From NCBI GenBank assembly GCA_026391945.1, contig JAPLDA010000071.1:1247-65246 (forward strand): a stretch of DNA of 64,000 nucleotides, given 5' to 3'. This document shows, piece by piece, positions 50,134-60,663 of this stretch. A program made the position numbers and the translations under genes. The notes beneath the pieces are model-generated. The model was not told where the DNA came from, ran no database searches, and saw nothing but the letters and a program-made list of their open reading frames with translations. The number at the start of each line of letters is the position of its first letter. Position 1 is the first letter of the stretch. This DNA comes from Bacteroidota bacterium (GTDB taxonomy: Bacteria > Bacteroidota > Bacteroidia > AKYH767-A > 2013-40CM-41-45).

Positions 50134-50541
50134 TTACTGCTGAACATTTATTTTATACCGGATTAACGCAACACCATCAATCGTTATTTCATCATTGCCG
50201 CAATCCACGATTGTTGTTTTCAGGCGAAAACGATTTTTGTCAAAAATACATTCTATTACTTTCACTTCCGCCTTGTATGGCCTGTTGACAAACATTGGTT
50301 TTAAAAAATCCATGGTCTGAGATAAATAAATGGCTCCGTTGCCGGGAAAATGCATTCCGATTATTTTGGAAAAAACAGAGCCCGCCAAAAATCCATGCAT
50401 GACCCTGGTTCCGAAAATACTTTCCGATGCATACGATTCATCCAGGTGAATGGGATTGAAATCGCCCGTCACTGTTGCAAATAAATTCACCTGCTCCTGT
50501 GTAAAGGAAAATGTCAGTTCAAAAGAATCATTTATCTCCAT
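50134..50541 (-). CDS. MaoC/PhaJ-like (R)-specific enoyl-CoA hydratase
   Basis: FATVTGDFNPIHLD..YA....FG....HG; PG.GAIYLSQ...F.KP. Confidence 0.9.
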   Translation of the reverse strand: MEINDSFELTFSFTQEQVNLFATVTGDFNPIHLDESYASESIFGTRVMHGFLAGSVFSKIIGMHFPGNGAIYLSQTMDFLKPMFVNRPYKAEVKVIECIFDKNRFRLKTTIVDCGNDEITIDGVALIRYKINVQQ

Positions 50542-50562
50542 CTCAAATTATTTATTTCTTCA

Positions 50563-51759
50563 TCAAACATTTTGCAAAATAATGGAAACTACTTTTTCAA
50601 GATTTGCAGCTTTGGATAAATTCTTAACGGAAAAGGCGAACCCGTTCCCTCCCATTTTTTCAAGTTTCTCCTTTGGTAAATTTACCATTTCCTTCATGCA
50701 CGCTGACAATTGATTAATATTTTCCGGTTCCACCACGTAACCGCAGCCGGAATCTTTAATGCATGCAGCAGTATCGCTGCTTTCATCAACACATCCGATC
50801 ACAGGTTTCCCTGAAAACATATAAGCAGCAAGTTTCGAGGGAATGGAACTTTTAGCGGCGCCTCTTTTCAGGGGGAGCAGCAGAACATCCGCTTCATCCT
50901 GCATTTCCGGAACCTTTCCATCCGGGACCTGCCGGAACTCGATATGAACATCCACCATACCGGCTGCTTTCTTTTCCAGTAATTCTTTTTGTGATCCGGA
51001 ACCGGCAATAATCAAACGGCAGTTGGCCGGTTGAGCTGCAGCAAAAGCATCGAGAAGTAAATCAACACCGGAAGCAACACCCATGTTCCCAAGGTACATA
51101 AATGTAAAAGGATTTTCATTTTTTTTCGTGACGGGAGCTGACTTTCTGAAACTCATAAAAGAATTTTCATCCTGCCAGTTTCGCACAACGAATATCTTTC
51201 GCTGGTCTATTTTCCTGGTTTCAGCGAGGTATTGTTTCATCTGATCCGAGATGGCAATAATTTTAGTTGCATGCCTGAGTACAAACCGGTCGATCGGCAA
51301 CAACAGGTAATTAAGCAACCTTCTGATGAGGGGAAATTTATTGGTCAATGATTCCGGGTAAACATCCTGTACATGCATCACTACAGGTATGTTGAATTTT
51401 TTGCAGGCGAGCACCGTGTAGTATTGTGCCAGCAGTGGCCAGGTATTCGCGTAAATTATTTTTATCGCTGCTTGATTCGCTGCTATGTATTGGTAACAGT
51501 ATTTCCCGAAACTATAACTTTCAAAAAATCTACCCCATACATTTGATCCGGGACTGATAAAAGAATTTGCCACGACATGATTAAAATGACCGGCCGGTCC
51601 GGGTAAATCAAACATAAACCCAAATGGCCGTGAAGGCTTTGGGGAAATAACAGTAACAGGTGCTTTCTCACCAATGGCATCGGCGATATCATAGGACAGT
51701 TTAGCCGACACCACAGGTTCAGGAGGAAAAACAGCCGAAATAATTAAGTTCATTTTCAT
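50563..51759 (-). CDS. GT4 glycosyltransferase
   Basis: FPPE, VQDVYPE, YLGNMG, PSKLAAYM.SGKPV. Confidence 0.88.
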   Translation of the reverse strand: MKMNLIISAVFPPEPVVSAKLSYDIADAIGEKAPVTVISPKPSRPFGFMFDLPGPAGHFNHVVANSFISPGSNVWGRFFESYSFGKYCYQYIAANQAAIKIIYANTWPLLAQYYTVLACKKFNIPVVMHVQDVYPESLTNKFPLIRRLLNYLLLPIDRFVLRHATKIIAISDQMKQYLAETRKIDQRKIFVVRNWQDENSFMSFRKSAPVTKKNENPFTFMYLGNMGVASGVDLLLDAFAAAQPANCRLIIAGSGSQKELLEKKAAGMVDVHIEFRQVPDGKVPEMQDEADVLLLPLKRGAAKSSIPSKLAAYMFSGKPVIGCVDESSDTAACIKDSGCGYVVEPENINQLSACMKEMVNLPKEKLEKMGGNGFAFSVKNLSKAANLEKVVSIILQNV

Positions 51760-51793
51760 TTTACTGTCGAAGCGAAACAAACCGGGAAAATAA

Positions 51794-52801
51794 TTACCCG
51801 GCCATGTAGTTTGACATCAGTTTTTTTTTGTTGTAAACGCTGTAACGGAAAACCATTTTCAGTATGTATTTTATGATTCCTTTTATCCCGGAATTATTGA
51901 TAACAGAAAATTTTTCCAGGGGAATATTAAACCCGGGATCCAACTGCTTTACCTGATTTTCTGTTTCCATCAATTCGATAAAATAGGGAACATAGATATT
52001 ATTGACGATTGCTTTTGCAGGCTCTCTCCATCCCAAATCCACCATATCCTTTTTAAAAAACCTTACATGATGAAAATGAAAAAACACAGCTTCAAAAATT
52101 GAATCCGAGGCTTTATCCAAAAAAAAGATCTGGTTAAATTTTCTTTCAACAAACTTGTATTGCTCTACATTCCAGGCCGCGATTCCCCCACCCAAATGCT
52201 GCAATACATGCACGCCTTTAAAACGGGTGGTCCAGTCATCCAGGTATTTCTGGTCGCCGAATTTGCCATCTTCATACCGGTTGTAACACCATTCGATGCA
52301 GGCATCCCGCCACCAGTGCAACGCCTCCATCCCGTTTTTATCATTCATAAACGTGATGAACTGTACGCAATAAATGCCCGAAGTTGAAACGCGGTTGAAC
52401 TTTGGCGGGTAACGGTGCTCGGTAAGCAAGGTGGACTGATGGCCCATTTCGTCAAAAAGTATTTTCGGGTTTTGGTAAAAAAATAAATCAGCATCTATGT
52501 AAGTACAACCCGGAACATGAAATTTTTCAATCACATAAAGAATGGTTGATGGTGTGCACGTCCAGCAATATTCAGCTTTTGTCCGGCCCGGTTTTACAGC
52601 CAGCAGTTTCTCATCTTCAAATTCCTTTAACGAAATGATGGTTGCCTTTTTTAAGTAAAGCTTATTCAATAATTCAAAACTCTTTTCGTCAAAAGCAAAA
52701 ATATAAAGATGAAAATCATCACAGGTATTTTCCAATGACCTGTACATGGTCAGGCCTTTCACCAGGTAAAAAGAATCGAACAGCGTACAGAAATTCAACA
52801 T
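51794..52801 (-). CDS. Putative GT-A fold glycosyltransferase
   Basis: FCTLFD, EYCWT, YIDAD (DxD), GDQKYLD.W, APWN-like AAWN. Confidence 0.75.
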   Translation of the reverse strand: MLNFCTLFDSFYLVKGLTMYRSLENTCDDFHLYIFAFDEKSFELLNKLYLKKATIISLKEFEDEKLLAVKPGRTKAEYCWTCTPSTILYVIEKFHVPGCTYIDADLFFYQNPKILFDEMGHQSTLLTEHRYPPKFNRVSTSGIYCVQFITFMNDKNGMEALHWWRDACIEWCYNRYEDGKFGDQKYLDDWTTRFKGVHVLQHLGGGIAAWNVEQYKFVERKFNQIFFLDKASDSIFEAVFFHFHHVRFFKKDMVDLGWREPAKAIVNNIYVPYFIELMETENQVKQLDPGFNIPLEKFSVINNSGIKGIIKYILKMVFRYSVYNKKKLMSNYMAG

Positions 52802-52899
52802 CAGAAATTTAATTTACAACCCGTTTAATTTTTCAGCAACGATGCCATGTCCTTACTCATTTCTTCCGCAGGAAGAATCAAAAACGATCATAGAGATAC

Positions 52900-53706
52900 C
52901 TAACCCGTTTTTTTTCTTTTCAAAAAGAAAGCTTTAAACGCCCCATGTTTGATATGAATCGTTTCTTCCGTCTGGCAGTCAAAAATCAGATCATAATGTT
53001 CCAGCATTTTATCCAGGAATATTTTTTCATTCAGCAGCCAGCATGGATATTCGGCCTTGTAGATTTCCCCGGCAACTTTTTGAATGGTAATTTTTTCTGA
53101 TCCCTGCAAAAGCAATGGCATCCTGTCGATGACAATGTACTCAAATCGTTTTGCAAAAACCATTTCCAGGAAGTCATACGGATTTTCAAGGTATTGAAGA
53201 ACGGAAGATAAGAGTAAAACATCCACCCTATTTTCACTCATGCAGGTATCGATGTCATAAAAGAAATGCAGCTGTTCATCGGCGAAAGTGCTTTGTCCTT
53301 CCTTAACAAAATGAGGCTGTTCCACTACATTCCAGTTCAATAGTTCAAGCTCGGAAAACAAATTCCTGTTTTGGTAATAACTGCTTCCCAGTGAACCGCC
53401 AAAATCAAGGACATTCAGTTTGCTCCCATTATTTAATGCTACCAATGCAAGTGCTGACACCAGCGGAAATGAATAATGAATTGTATCAAAGAGGACTGAA
53501 TCTCTTTCGTAAGTGGCTTCCCCGTTTTTCACTTTCAGCAGCGCACTTCTTACTTTATTAAAAATGGTTTCGGAATCGTAGCCGCTGCATTTTTTTTTCG
53601 CTTCCGTCCATGAAGAATAATTTCCCCGCCAGCCGTAGAGAGTGGCTGTAAGTTTCCGGGCGAGGAAGGGCGGGATAAAATCTTTGATCAGTGGTTTAAT
53701 GTTCAC
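52900..53706 (-). CDS. SAM-dependent methyltransferase (TIGR04325-like)
   Basis: ERDSV.F, VLDFGGSLGSSYYQ, VVEQ, SSVLQY. Confidence 0.82.
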   Translation of the reverse strand: MNIKPLIKDFIPPFLARKLTATLYGWRGNYSSWTEAKKKCSGYDSETIFNKVRSALLKVKNGEATYERDSVLFDTIHYSFPLVSALALVALNNGSKLNVLDFGGSLGSSYYQNRNLFSELELLNWNVVEQPHFVKEGQSTFADEQLHFFYDIDTCMSENRVDVLLLSSVLQYLENPYDFLEMVFAKRFEYIVIDRMPLLLQGSEKITIQKVAGEIYKAEYPCWLLNEKIFLDKMLEHYDLIFDCQTEETIHIKHGAFKAFFLKRKKTG

Positions 53707-53712
53707 GTGGCC

Positions 53713-54945
53713 TCAGGCAAATTTATTTAATTCGTTCGAAATAATTTCATTCATCCTTCCTGCCCTCTTTTCAATGGTATGTTCTGCCAACGTACGTTCC
53801 TGGCCGGCCATTGCAATTTTTTTCCTTTCATCAGGGTTATTCAACAGCCATTGAACTTTCCGGATACACTCATCAGGGGTTTTATAGGTAACAACCTCCT
53901 TCTCCAATTCAAACAGATCGCCCAGGTTTTCTTTCCAGTCGGTCACCAGGCAGGTTCCCACTCCTGTCGCTTCAAATAAACGAATATTCCCTGCACACTT
54001 TGTTGCAACTTCTCCGTGGCTGTTAAAACAAATTTTCGCTTTGGAAAGCAATTGAAACATTTCCATTCCGAAGACCGGAGGTTGGATACGGCTTATTAAT
54101 TTATCGGAATAATAATGTACGGGGACATTTCCATACCCTTCATATTTTTTCAGCAACGGAATCATTTCAATGGTCCTTTCGAGCCGGAATTTCCTGAGAA
54201 ACCTGATCAGCGCAAACACCATTTTTTTAACCGTATTTTTTCTTCTTGATTCAAGGTTACAGTATAAATCCATTTTGATGCCTGCTAAAAGTATTTTTTC
54301 AATACATTCAATACGGCTTTTATGAAAGCCGGATCCTGTGTAAAGAGACCCGGAAAATAAAAAATCAGATCCGTTAAAGTGGTTGTCCTTCTTTAGTTTT
54401 TCAAGAACAGTAGTGTCAAATCCATGATATAACAAATACGTTTTAATCCCCAGAGCATTCAACTCCTTTTCAAAACAGGGAATGCAGGTGAACATGATAT
54501 CGAACAGCCTGAATTTTTCCTCCAGGATTGAATTATAAGGTGCGCAGATATGCCCGATGATCAATTTTATCGTGGGCACTTCCTTCAATAACTTTTCTTT
54601 CCATTCTTTGCTGACAATGGAGAAGTCATCTATCCAAGCCACATCCGGGCGGTAGTACTTTAATTGCTCAATGACTATGTCCCTTCCCGCTGTCTCTGCA
54701 GGTAGATTATTTTCCTTCTTCCACGTATTTTGAAGGACATCTGCATTGGAGATGATATCAAAAGCCATCACCCCCTGTTTATTTAAACTCCTGGAATAAG
54801 AACTGACGGTTTCAACAGAGTCACTGATGAGATGTTCGTATTGTTCGGAATATGATTTTTCCCCGATAGATGGATTGCACTGATAATAATTCTTTATATG
54901 CTGTGGATAATAATTGGTGACTCTTACAAAACGATAACTCATCAT
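53713..54945 (-). CDS. CgeB-like glycosyltransferase (GT-B)
   Basis: KICFNSH, NIRLFEATGVG, GQERTL.EHT...R. Confidence 0.82.
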   Translation of the reverse strand: MMSYRFVRVTNYYPQHIKNYYQCNPSIGEKSYSEQYEHLISDSVETVSSYSRSLNKQGVMAFDIISNADVLQNTWKKENNLPAETAGRDIVIEQLKYYRPDVAWIDDFSIVSKEWKEKLLKEVPTIKLIIGHICAPYNSILEEKFRLFDIMFTCIPCFEKELNALGIKTYLLYHGFDTTVLEKLKKDNHFNGSDFLFSGSLYTGSGFHKSRIECIEKILLAGIKMDLYCNLESRRKNTVKKMVFALIRFLRKFRLERTIEMIPLLKKYEGYGNVPVHYYSDKLISRIQPPVFGMEMFQLLSKAKICFNSHGEVATKCAGNIRLFEATGVGTCLVTDWKENLGDLFELEKEVVTYKTPDECIRKVQWLLNNPDERKKIAMAGQERTLAEHTIEKRAGRMNEIISNELNKFA

Positions 54946-54953
54946 TGATTTAA

Positions 54954-56234
54954 TTAAGCCGGTTTGAAATTACTGGATTTGAGAATCGTGATGCATAGCA
55001 CAAGGAAGATCAGAATTCCACCTGTGATTAAACAGGTGAGCAAAGGTGTGCTCAAAATAATATAGATGCAGCAAAAAAACACTCCGTAATACCCGATGTG
55101 AATTTTAACTGTGTTAAAAAGACTGAACAGCAAACTGAAGATCACGGAAAACAGGAGTACTCCTGCATAACCGAGGTTCATGAACCCGTCGGATACAATT
55201 CCATTGTTCGCAAAAGCTGTTGGAGCACCCCAGTAAATTTTTGTAATCAGAAACCCGACAGGCATGTTATACGGACTATGTACAAAGTGCATGAAGAAAT
55301 GGCTTTCGGCAAAGTAAAACGGGTGGCCGCTAAAAAAATCAAAATAAAACCGGGTCGTTAATGCAGGGATAAAAAGAAACCTGTTCACAAATGTTCCGGC
55401 CAGTATGGGCGATGCCAGTAGGAAGTTATCAAGGACAGGGAAAAGTGCAAAACAAATGATGACCACCAGGAAAAAATTGTTCAGCTTGGCAACCACATTC
55501 CGCCCGATATAAAAGAAAAAAACAACGATGATGGAGGTAAAGTAAACCAGCTTGTTTCCTGAGATAACAAACAGGTAAAGCAGAATGAGGAATAGCAATG
55601 TCATGATAAAATACTTCCTCCTGATCATGAAGAAAACCAGCGCGACGGGGATGATGGTCTTCGCTTCAAAATGGTAGAGGTAGGCTAAAATCCCCTGGAG
55701 CTTTTCTGAAAACATTTCCCTTGTCTCGTAGATCTCATTTAAGAGAAGTGTTTTCATGTGGATGTTCAGTTTGAAAGTGAACACAACCGGTATGATTAAC
55801 ACTATGGCTAAACCAATTACTATCCATTCTTTGTACCGTTCCCGGATATTGAAATCCGGAACAGTAAATTTTATATACGGAGTGATGAGAAAAAAAGAGA
55901 CAAAGAAAGTATTCGATACAAATGGCCCTGGCGGGAAATTACTGAAGGAATATAAAACAGCATTCGGAATATAGAAAAAGAAAATCAGCAGCATGTAAAT
56001 GGAATACAGGAACCGGCTTTGATGGTACATATTGAATGACATGACCAGTAAAAAAAGGAAACATAATTTTGTCACCAGGTACTTCCACACATTAAAGTCA
56101 GGAATAAAACCCATGTAGTCGTACCGCTTGGAAATATAAAATGAATAATACACTTCCAGGGAAATGTAAATGACTGCCACCAGCACTTTCAGCAGGAGAA
56201 ATTCCTTTTTAACGATCAGTTTCATCTCAGTCAT
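54954..56234 (-). CDS. Putative polysaccharide polymerase (Wzy)
   Basis: About 11 TM segments, Phe/Ile-rich, directly after wzx; call is mainly positional. Confidence 0.6.
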   Translation of the reverse strand: MTEMKLIVKKEFLLLKVLVAVIYISLEVYYSFYISKRYDYMGFIPDFNVWKYLVTKLCFLFLLVMSFNMYHQSRFLYSIYMLLIFFFYIPNAVLYSFSNFPPGPFVSNTFFVSFFLITPYIKFTVPDFNIRERYKEWIVIGLAIVLIIPVVFTFKLNIHMKTLLLNEIYETREMFSEKLQGILAYLYHFEAKTIIPVALVFFMIRRKYFIMTLLFLILLYLFVISGNKLVYFTSIIVVFFFYIGRNVVAKLNNFFLVVIICFALFPVLDNFLLASPILAGTFVNRFLFIPALTTRFYFDFFSGHPFYFAESHFFMHFVHSPYNMPVGFLITKIYWGAPTAFANNGIVSDGFMNLGYAGVLLFSVIFSLLFSLFNTVKIHIGYYGVFFCCIYIILSTPLLTCLITGGILIFLVLCITILKSSNFKPA

Positions 56235-57518
56235 TTACACAGGAATTGGCAACTTGATATTTTTCTCATAGCGGCTTACGATCCGGTAAATCATGAAACA
56301 GTAAGCTGAGTGCATGCATATTTCGATCAGTACATAGATTTTTAAAAAGTCATAAATATCCTTTCCCCTGAAGAACAACAGCAAACAGATGGCTATAAAA
56401 TACATGGTTTGCCAGGCGCTGTTGAGCCGGATTTTTTCGAATGTGATAAAAATGGATGAGAATGCCGAGCCGATAAAATTAAATACGAAACTGAAGACCA
56501 TGATCCGGGAAAACGAACCCGACACTTCATACCTGCTTCCAAACACAAATCCAAACAACGCCGGGCCGAAGAGGAGGATGAAAATCACTTCCATAAAAAC
56601 AACTGCGAGGAGTACATACAGAATATTCCTGACATCCTTTTTGATGCTTAATGAACGGTGCTTCTTTTCCGTTGTCTGCTGAAAAAAAACCTGCGAGATG
56701 GACGCGGAAATAAAAATCAATGGAATCGATAAGACCATTCTTGATAAATCCAGATAGCCAACCGTTTCGGTGGAATAAAATTTATTGATGAATAAAAACG
56801 GTAGCACGGATGCAGCGCTGCTCAGGAGCGTGGGAAGCACATTGTATTTCGGGAAGTCGCTGTATTTGATCCTGACAAATCCCGTTTTTTTTCCTGATAA
56901 AAATTTTAAAGTGAATTTATTTTTCAGCAACTGCCTCATGCCTGCATAAACGTTGGCGAAATTTCCTGCCAGGTCGCCGAGGAACAATCCTCCCGGAATT
57001 TTAAAAACTCCTGCAACAGCCTGGATCATTCCTTCAATTCCCCGCCTCACAATTTTGTTATTCGCTGATGCTTTAAACGCTTTCTGCCGGATCAGCCAAT
57101 AGTTCATGCTTTGATAAATGCCGAAAGCGGCAGTAGCAAAAGGAAGGAAATACAGGTAACCGGAATATTTTACCGGGAAATTAATCAGTTGCACCAAATC
57201 ATCTTTCAAAAACAAGAGGGCAGCAAACAGCAGGAATGAAAAAATAATATTGATGCGCGCGGCCAGCGAAAGAATGTTTGCTGCAGCCACATCGTTTTTA
57301 GGCAACACAATAGCCGCTTCGTATCTCAGCGATGACACAATGGTGATCATGCCAAAGATCGTCAGGTACACAGCCATGGCCCCGAAATCTTCGGGTGAAT
57401 ATATTCTTCTCAGAAATGGCTGCAGGAGGATCGGAATGCTTTGCGCCGCAACCGTGCCGAAAATCAATACAAAGGTGTTTTTAGTAAACTCAGATCTTAA
57501 TGAAAATCTTTTTAACAT
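56235..57518 (-). CDS. wzx: Polysaccharide flippase
   Basis: GTVAAQ.I, RIYSPEDFG, LRYE.AI; about 12 TM segments. Confidence 0.88.
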   Translation of the reverse strand: MLKRFSLRSEFTKNTFVLIFGTVAAQSIPILLQPFLRRIYSPEDFGAMAVYLTIFGMITIVSSLRYEAAIVLPKNDVAAANILSLAARINIIFSFLLFAALLFLKDDLVQLINFPVKYSGYLYFLPFATAAFGIYQSMNYWLIRQKAFKASANNKIVRRGIEGMIQAVAGVFKIPGGLFLGDLAGNFANVYAGMRQLLKNKFTLKFLSGKKTGFVRIKYSDFPKYNVLPTLLSSAASVLPFLFINKFYSTETVGYLDLSRMVLSIPLIFISASISQVFFQQTTEKKHRSLSIKKDVRNILYVLLAVVFMEVIFILLFGPALFGFVFGSRYEVSGSFSRIMVFSFVFNFIGSAFSSIFITFEKIRLNSAWQTMYFIAICLLLFFRGKDIYDFLKIYVLIEICMHSAYCFMIYRIVSRYEKNIKLPIPV

Positions 57519-57549
57519 GCCGTGTGAGTATTCTGAAAATGATCCTTTA

Positions 57550-58299
57550 TTATTTCCTTCGAACGAAGTTCAGCAGGTAACCAGTGATAAACCCAAGGAC
57601 AATTCCAAGGAAACCAAAGCCCAGTACATTCAAAACACCTTCCCTCGAATTGCTCACTAAAACCGGGACCGGATAAACAGGTATGAAGTTTACGATCTTT
57701 TCAAAGAATATTTTTTTTTCTAGTTCCTGTTTTTTTTCAAACAGTTCAACATTCTTCTGATGTCCACTTTGCTTACCTGACGTATCCGGCGAAGTCATTT
57801 GCAACGTTAAAACGGAAAGTAACTGCTGTTCCTGCTTCCACTGGAATGAAAATTTTTCGCTGAGATCCCGGATGGAGTTCAGGTAAGCCGTCAACGAAGT
57901 CAGTACGCTATCGACGGCAGAAGAATCGAAAACTTCGATCGTTACCTTCAGCCGGGTTTCGTTGTTGTTGTTGGCTTCTACTTTTGATTTGATATTTCTG
58001 AATCCCGGAAAGCCAATGTCATTTACCTGTACATTTTTGTTCTCCCTGTTTAAGGGAATGTTGTTTATTATTTCACCGAGAATTTCATTTGAAACAACTG
58101 ATGTCCCTGCAATGAAATCCTTCCTGAAAAAAGATTGGTACTCCAGCGGATGAGTGAAAAGATTGCTGATTCCAAATAGTATTCCCGCCCCAAAAAAAGT
58201 AAGGATGACTACTTTTCTTTTTTTAAAAAACCGGTACCCGTTACCGATCAGTTCCCATAAGTCGATCTCGGTGTTACCGGAATGTTCGATGCCATCCAT
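57550..58299 (-). CDS. Wzz-like chain-length regulator
   Basis: EIDLWEL N-terminus, two terminal TM helices, coiled coil. Start 58299, or 58320 which overlaps the rny stop. Confidence 0.65.
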   Translation of the reverse strand: MDGIEHSGNTEIDLWELIGNGYRFFKKRKVVILTFFGAGILFGISNLFTHPLEYQSFFRKDFIAGTSVVSNEILGEIINNIPLNRENKNVQVNDIGFPGFRNIKSKVEANNNNETRLKVTIEVFDSSAVDSVLTSLTAYLNSIRDLSEKFSFQWKQEQQLLSVLTLQMTSPDTSGKQSGHQKNVELFEKKQELEKKIFFEKIVNFIPVYPVPVLVSNSREGVLNVLGFGFLGIVLGFITGYLLNFVRRK

Positions 58300-58309
58300 G
58301 CTGCCGGAT

Positions 58310-59875
58310 TTATTTTGCATAATTCACCGACCTCGTTTCCCTGATCACGGTAACCTTCACCTGGCCGGGATACGTCATCTCCGTCTGAATTTTGTTGGCG
58401 ATGTCGAACGAAAGAACTTCCGCCTGCTTGTCGGTGATTTTTTCACTCTGAACAATCACACGTAATTCCCTTCCGGCCTGGATGGCAAATGTTTTTTCAA
58501 CACCGGGATACGAAAGCGCCATCGCTTCCATGTCTTTGAGACGTTTGATGTATGAAGCAACCACTTCGCGCCTTGCACCCGGACGGGCACCTGAAATGGC
58601 ATCGCAGACCTGTACAATCGGTGAGATCATGCTGTTCATTTCAACCTCGTCGTGGTGAGCGCCGATGGCATTGCATATCTCCGGATTCTCCTTGAATTTT
58701 TCCGCCAGCTTCATCCCGAGAATTGCATGCGGTAATTCCGGCTCATCATCAGGAACTTTCCCGATGTCGTGAAGCAATCCCGCACGCTTGGCGAGTTTTT
58801 GATTGAGTCCAAGTTCCGCCGCCATGATAGCGCACGGGTTGGCCACTTCACGGGAGTGCTGCAATAAATTTTGTCCGTAGGAAGAACGGTATTTCATTCT
58901 GCCGATCATGCGGATGAGTTCCGGAGCCAGTCCGTGGATACCCAAATCGATGGTCGTGCGTTTTCCCACTTCGATGATTTCATCTTCCAGTTGCCGTTTT
59001 ACTTTGGCCACCACTTCTTCAATACGTGCAGGGTGAATGCGGCCATCGCTCACGAGTTGGTGCAGCGCAAGCCGTGCAAGTTCCCTTCTCACCGGGTCGA
59101 AACAGGAAAGGATGATGGACTCCGGTGTGTCGTCCACAATGATTTCAACTCCTGTAGCTGCTTCCAAAGCACGGATGTTTCTTCCTTCACGACCGATGAT
59201 CCTTCCCTTCACCTCTTCATTCTCGATGTTGAAAACGGTCACGGCATTTTCGATGGCATGCTCCGTGGCCACGCGCTGAATCGTTTGTATGATGATCCTC
59301 TTCGCTTCCTTGTTGGCGGTGAGTTTGGCTTCCTCCATGATGTCTTTGATGGAAGACATGGCTTCTGTTTTTGCTTCCGCCTTCAACGCTTCCACCAGTT
59401 GGGTTTTCGCCTGGTCGACACTGAGGCCGCTGATTTTTTCGAGCTGCTCCACCTGCCGCTGGTGAACTTTTCCGAGTTCTTCTTTTTTTGCTTCGAGGAT
59501 CTGGAGCTGGTGTTTCAGGTTTTCCTGGAGCGTTTCGTATTCCTGTTGTTTGCGCTGCGACTGTTCCATCTTCTGCGACACAGCCGCTTCTTTTTGCTTG
59601 ATGCGGTTTTCAGCCGCATTGATATTCCTGTCCTTCTCAGAAATCACTTTTTCATGTTCTGTTTTCAGCTGAAGGAATTTTTCTTTGGCTTCCAGGATTT
59701 TGTTTTTCTTGAGTACTTCAGCTTCCGATTCGGCTTCTTTCAGGATGCTTTGTGCTTTCGATAAAGCGGCATCGTCTTTTGCTTTCATTGACCTCTTCAC
59801 CACAATCCATGTGACGATGATGCCCACGACAAAGGCTGCCAGTCCGATTACAATATTGATTACGTTGATGTCCAT
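58310..59875 (-). CDS. rny: Ribonuclease Y
   Basis: N-terminal TM, coiled coil, [31 protein letters not shown]. Confidence 0.97.
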   Translation of the reverse strand: MDINVINIVIGLAAFVVGIIVTWIVVKRSMKAKDDAALSKAQSILKEAESEAEVLKKNKILEAKEKFLQLKTEHEKVISEKDRNINAAENRIKQKEAAVSQKMEQSQRKQQEYETLQENLKHQLQILEAKKEELGKVHQRQVEQLEKISGLSVDQAKTQLVEALKAEAKTEAMSSIKDIMEEAKLTANKEAKRIIIQTIQRVATEHAIENAVTVFNIENEEVKGRIIGREGRNIRALEAATGVEIIVDDTPESIILSCFDPVRRELARLALHQLVSDGRIHPARIEEVVAKVKRQLEDEIIEVGKRTTIDLGIHGLAPELIRMIGRMKYRSSYGQNLLQHSREVANPCAIMAAELGLNQKLAKRAGLLHDIGKVPDDEPELPHAILGMKLAEKFKENPEICNAIGAHHDEVEMNSMISPIVQVCDAISGARPGARREVVASYIKRLKDMEAMALSYPGVEKTFAIQAGRELRVIVQSEKITDKQAEVLSFDIANKIQTEMTYPGQVKVTVIRETRSVNYAK

Positions 59876-59910
59876 AAATTATTAATATATGTTTTACAAA
59901 AATAACTGAC

Positions 59911-60012
59911 CCGCAGAGCGGGGTATTGACCAGATCCCTCGACGTTGCTCGGGATTAATTCGACTTAATGATTTCAGTTCACCGCCAACGGCGAGTTTCT
60001 GAAATCATAGTC
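59911..60012. repeat. Modular palindromic intergenic element, copy B (one internal unit)
   Basis: Homologous to 42632-42793; stem ATGATTTCAG/CTGAAATCAT. Confidence 0.8.
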
Positions 60013-60026
60013 TCATTAATAAAAAA

Positions 60027-60231
60027 CCCGCATTAATACTGAGCGACCATTAAAACCCCAAGAGATATGGGTGGAGTTGCTTGATTCTTCTGACTTCTGC
60101 CGTTAACATTCCGGATCAATCCGGAATGATCCGCCTGGGGCGAATCGCAGCCTGTCATCGAAACCGGAAAGCTATTCTCCAATGGTATCGAAGTGTTGAG
60201 TTTTTTAAGTGAATCTCAGTACTAATGCGGG
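60027..60231 (-). ncRNA. ssrS: 6S RNA (6S-Flavo type)
   Basis: Lies between zapA and rny. Closing stem CCCGCATTA.TACTGAG / CTCAGTA.TAATGCGGG; minus-strand AACTCAACA and GGGTTTTAA motifs. Confidence 0.82.
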
Positions 60232-60240
60232 AATGCATTA

Positions 60241-60317
60241 TTAAGTTTAAAGTTCAAAGTTGAAAGTTAAAACAGCAAACTTTATAACTGAGAACCGGGA
60301 ACTAAAAACTATTTACT
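60241..60317. repeat. Two facing degenerate heptamer tracts (AAGT core, then AAC core)
   Basis: AAGT at 60243, 60250, 60257, 60264; AAC at 60286, 60293, 60300, 60307. Confidence 0.75.
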
Positions 60318-60335
60318 ATTCAAAGAACGTTTCCT

Positions 60336-60653
60336 TTAAGAAGAATGCTGTTCACCGGCAAGATAATCGTCAATGACCGAACCCAGCTTATCCAGCTGTG
60401 TTATGATCTGTTGTGTATGATCTTCCTGCTTCGAACCTTTTTTATGTTGACCCATCGATTCCGATGCAAACTGCAAGGAGCACATGGCGAGAAGGTCTTG
60501 TTTGTCCTTCACCGCATAGTTGTCTTCAAACTCCTTGATGCACTTGTTCACTGATTGTGCAGCATGAACGACTTTTTCCTCCTCATCTTTGGTGATGCGA
60601 AGAGGATAAGTCCGGTTAGCGATAGAAACTTTTACTGATAGCAATTCTCCCAT
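60336..60653 (-). CDS. zapA: Cell division protein ZapA
   Basis: V.IANRTYPL, EE...AA, YAVKDKQDLLAM. Confidence 0.9.
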   Translation of the reverse strand: MGELLSVKVSIANRTYPLRITKDEEEKVVHAAQSVNKCIKEFEDNYAVKDKQDLLAMCSLQFASESMGQHKKGSKQEDHTQQIITQLDKLGSVIDDYLAGEQHSS

Positions 60654-60663
60654 TGGGATTGAT

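Noticed and set aside
52814-52866. Possible SGNH C-terminal remnant (NE*GHGIVAEKL) on the minus strand
   Set aside because: Too short to separate from chance without a homology search.
58871-59764. 297 aa ORF antisense to rny
   Set aside because: Codon-bias shadow of a conserved gene; low-complexity and Phe-rich.
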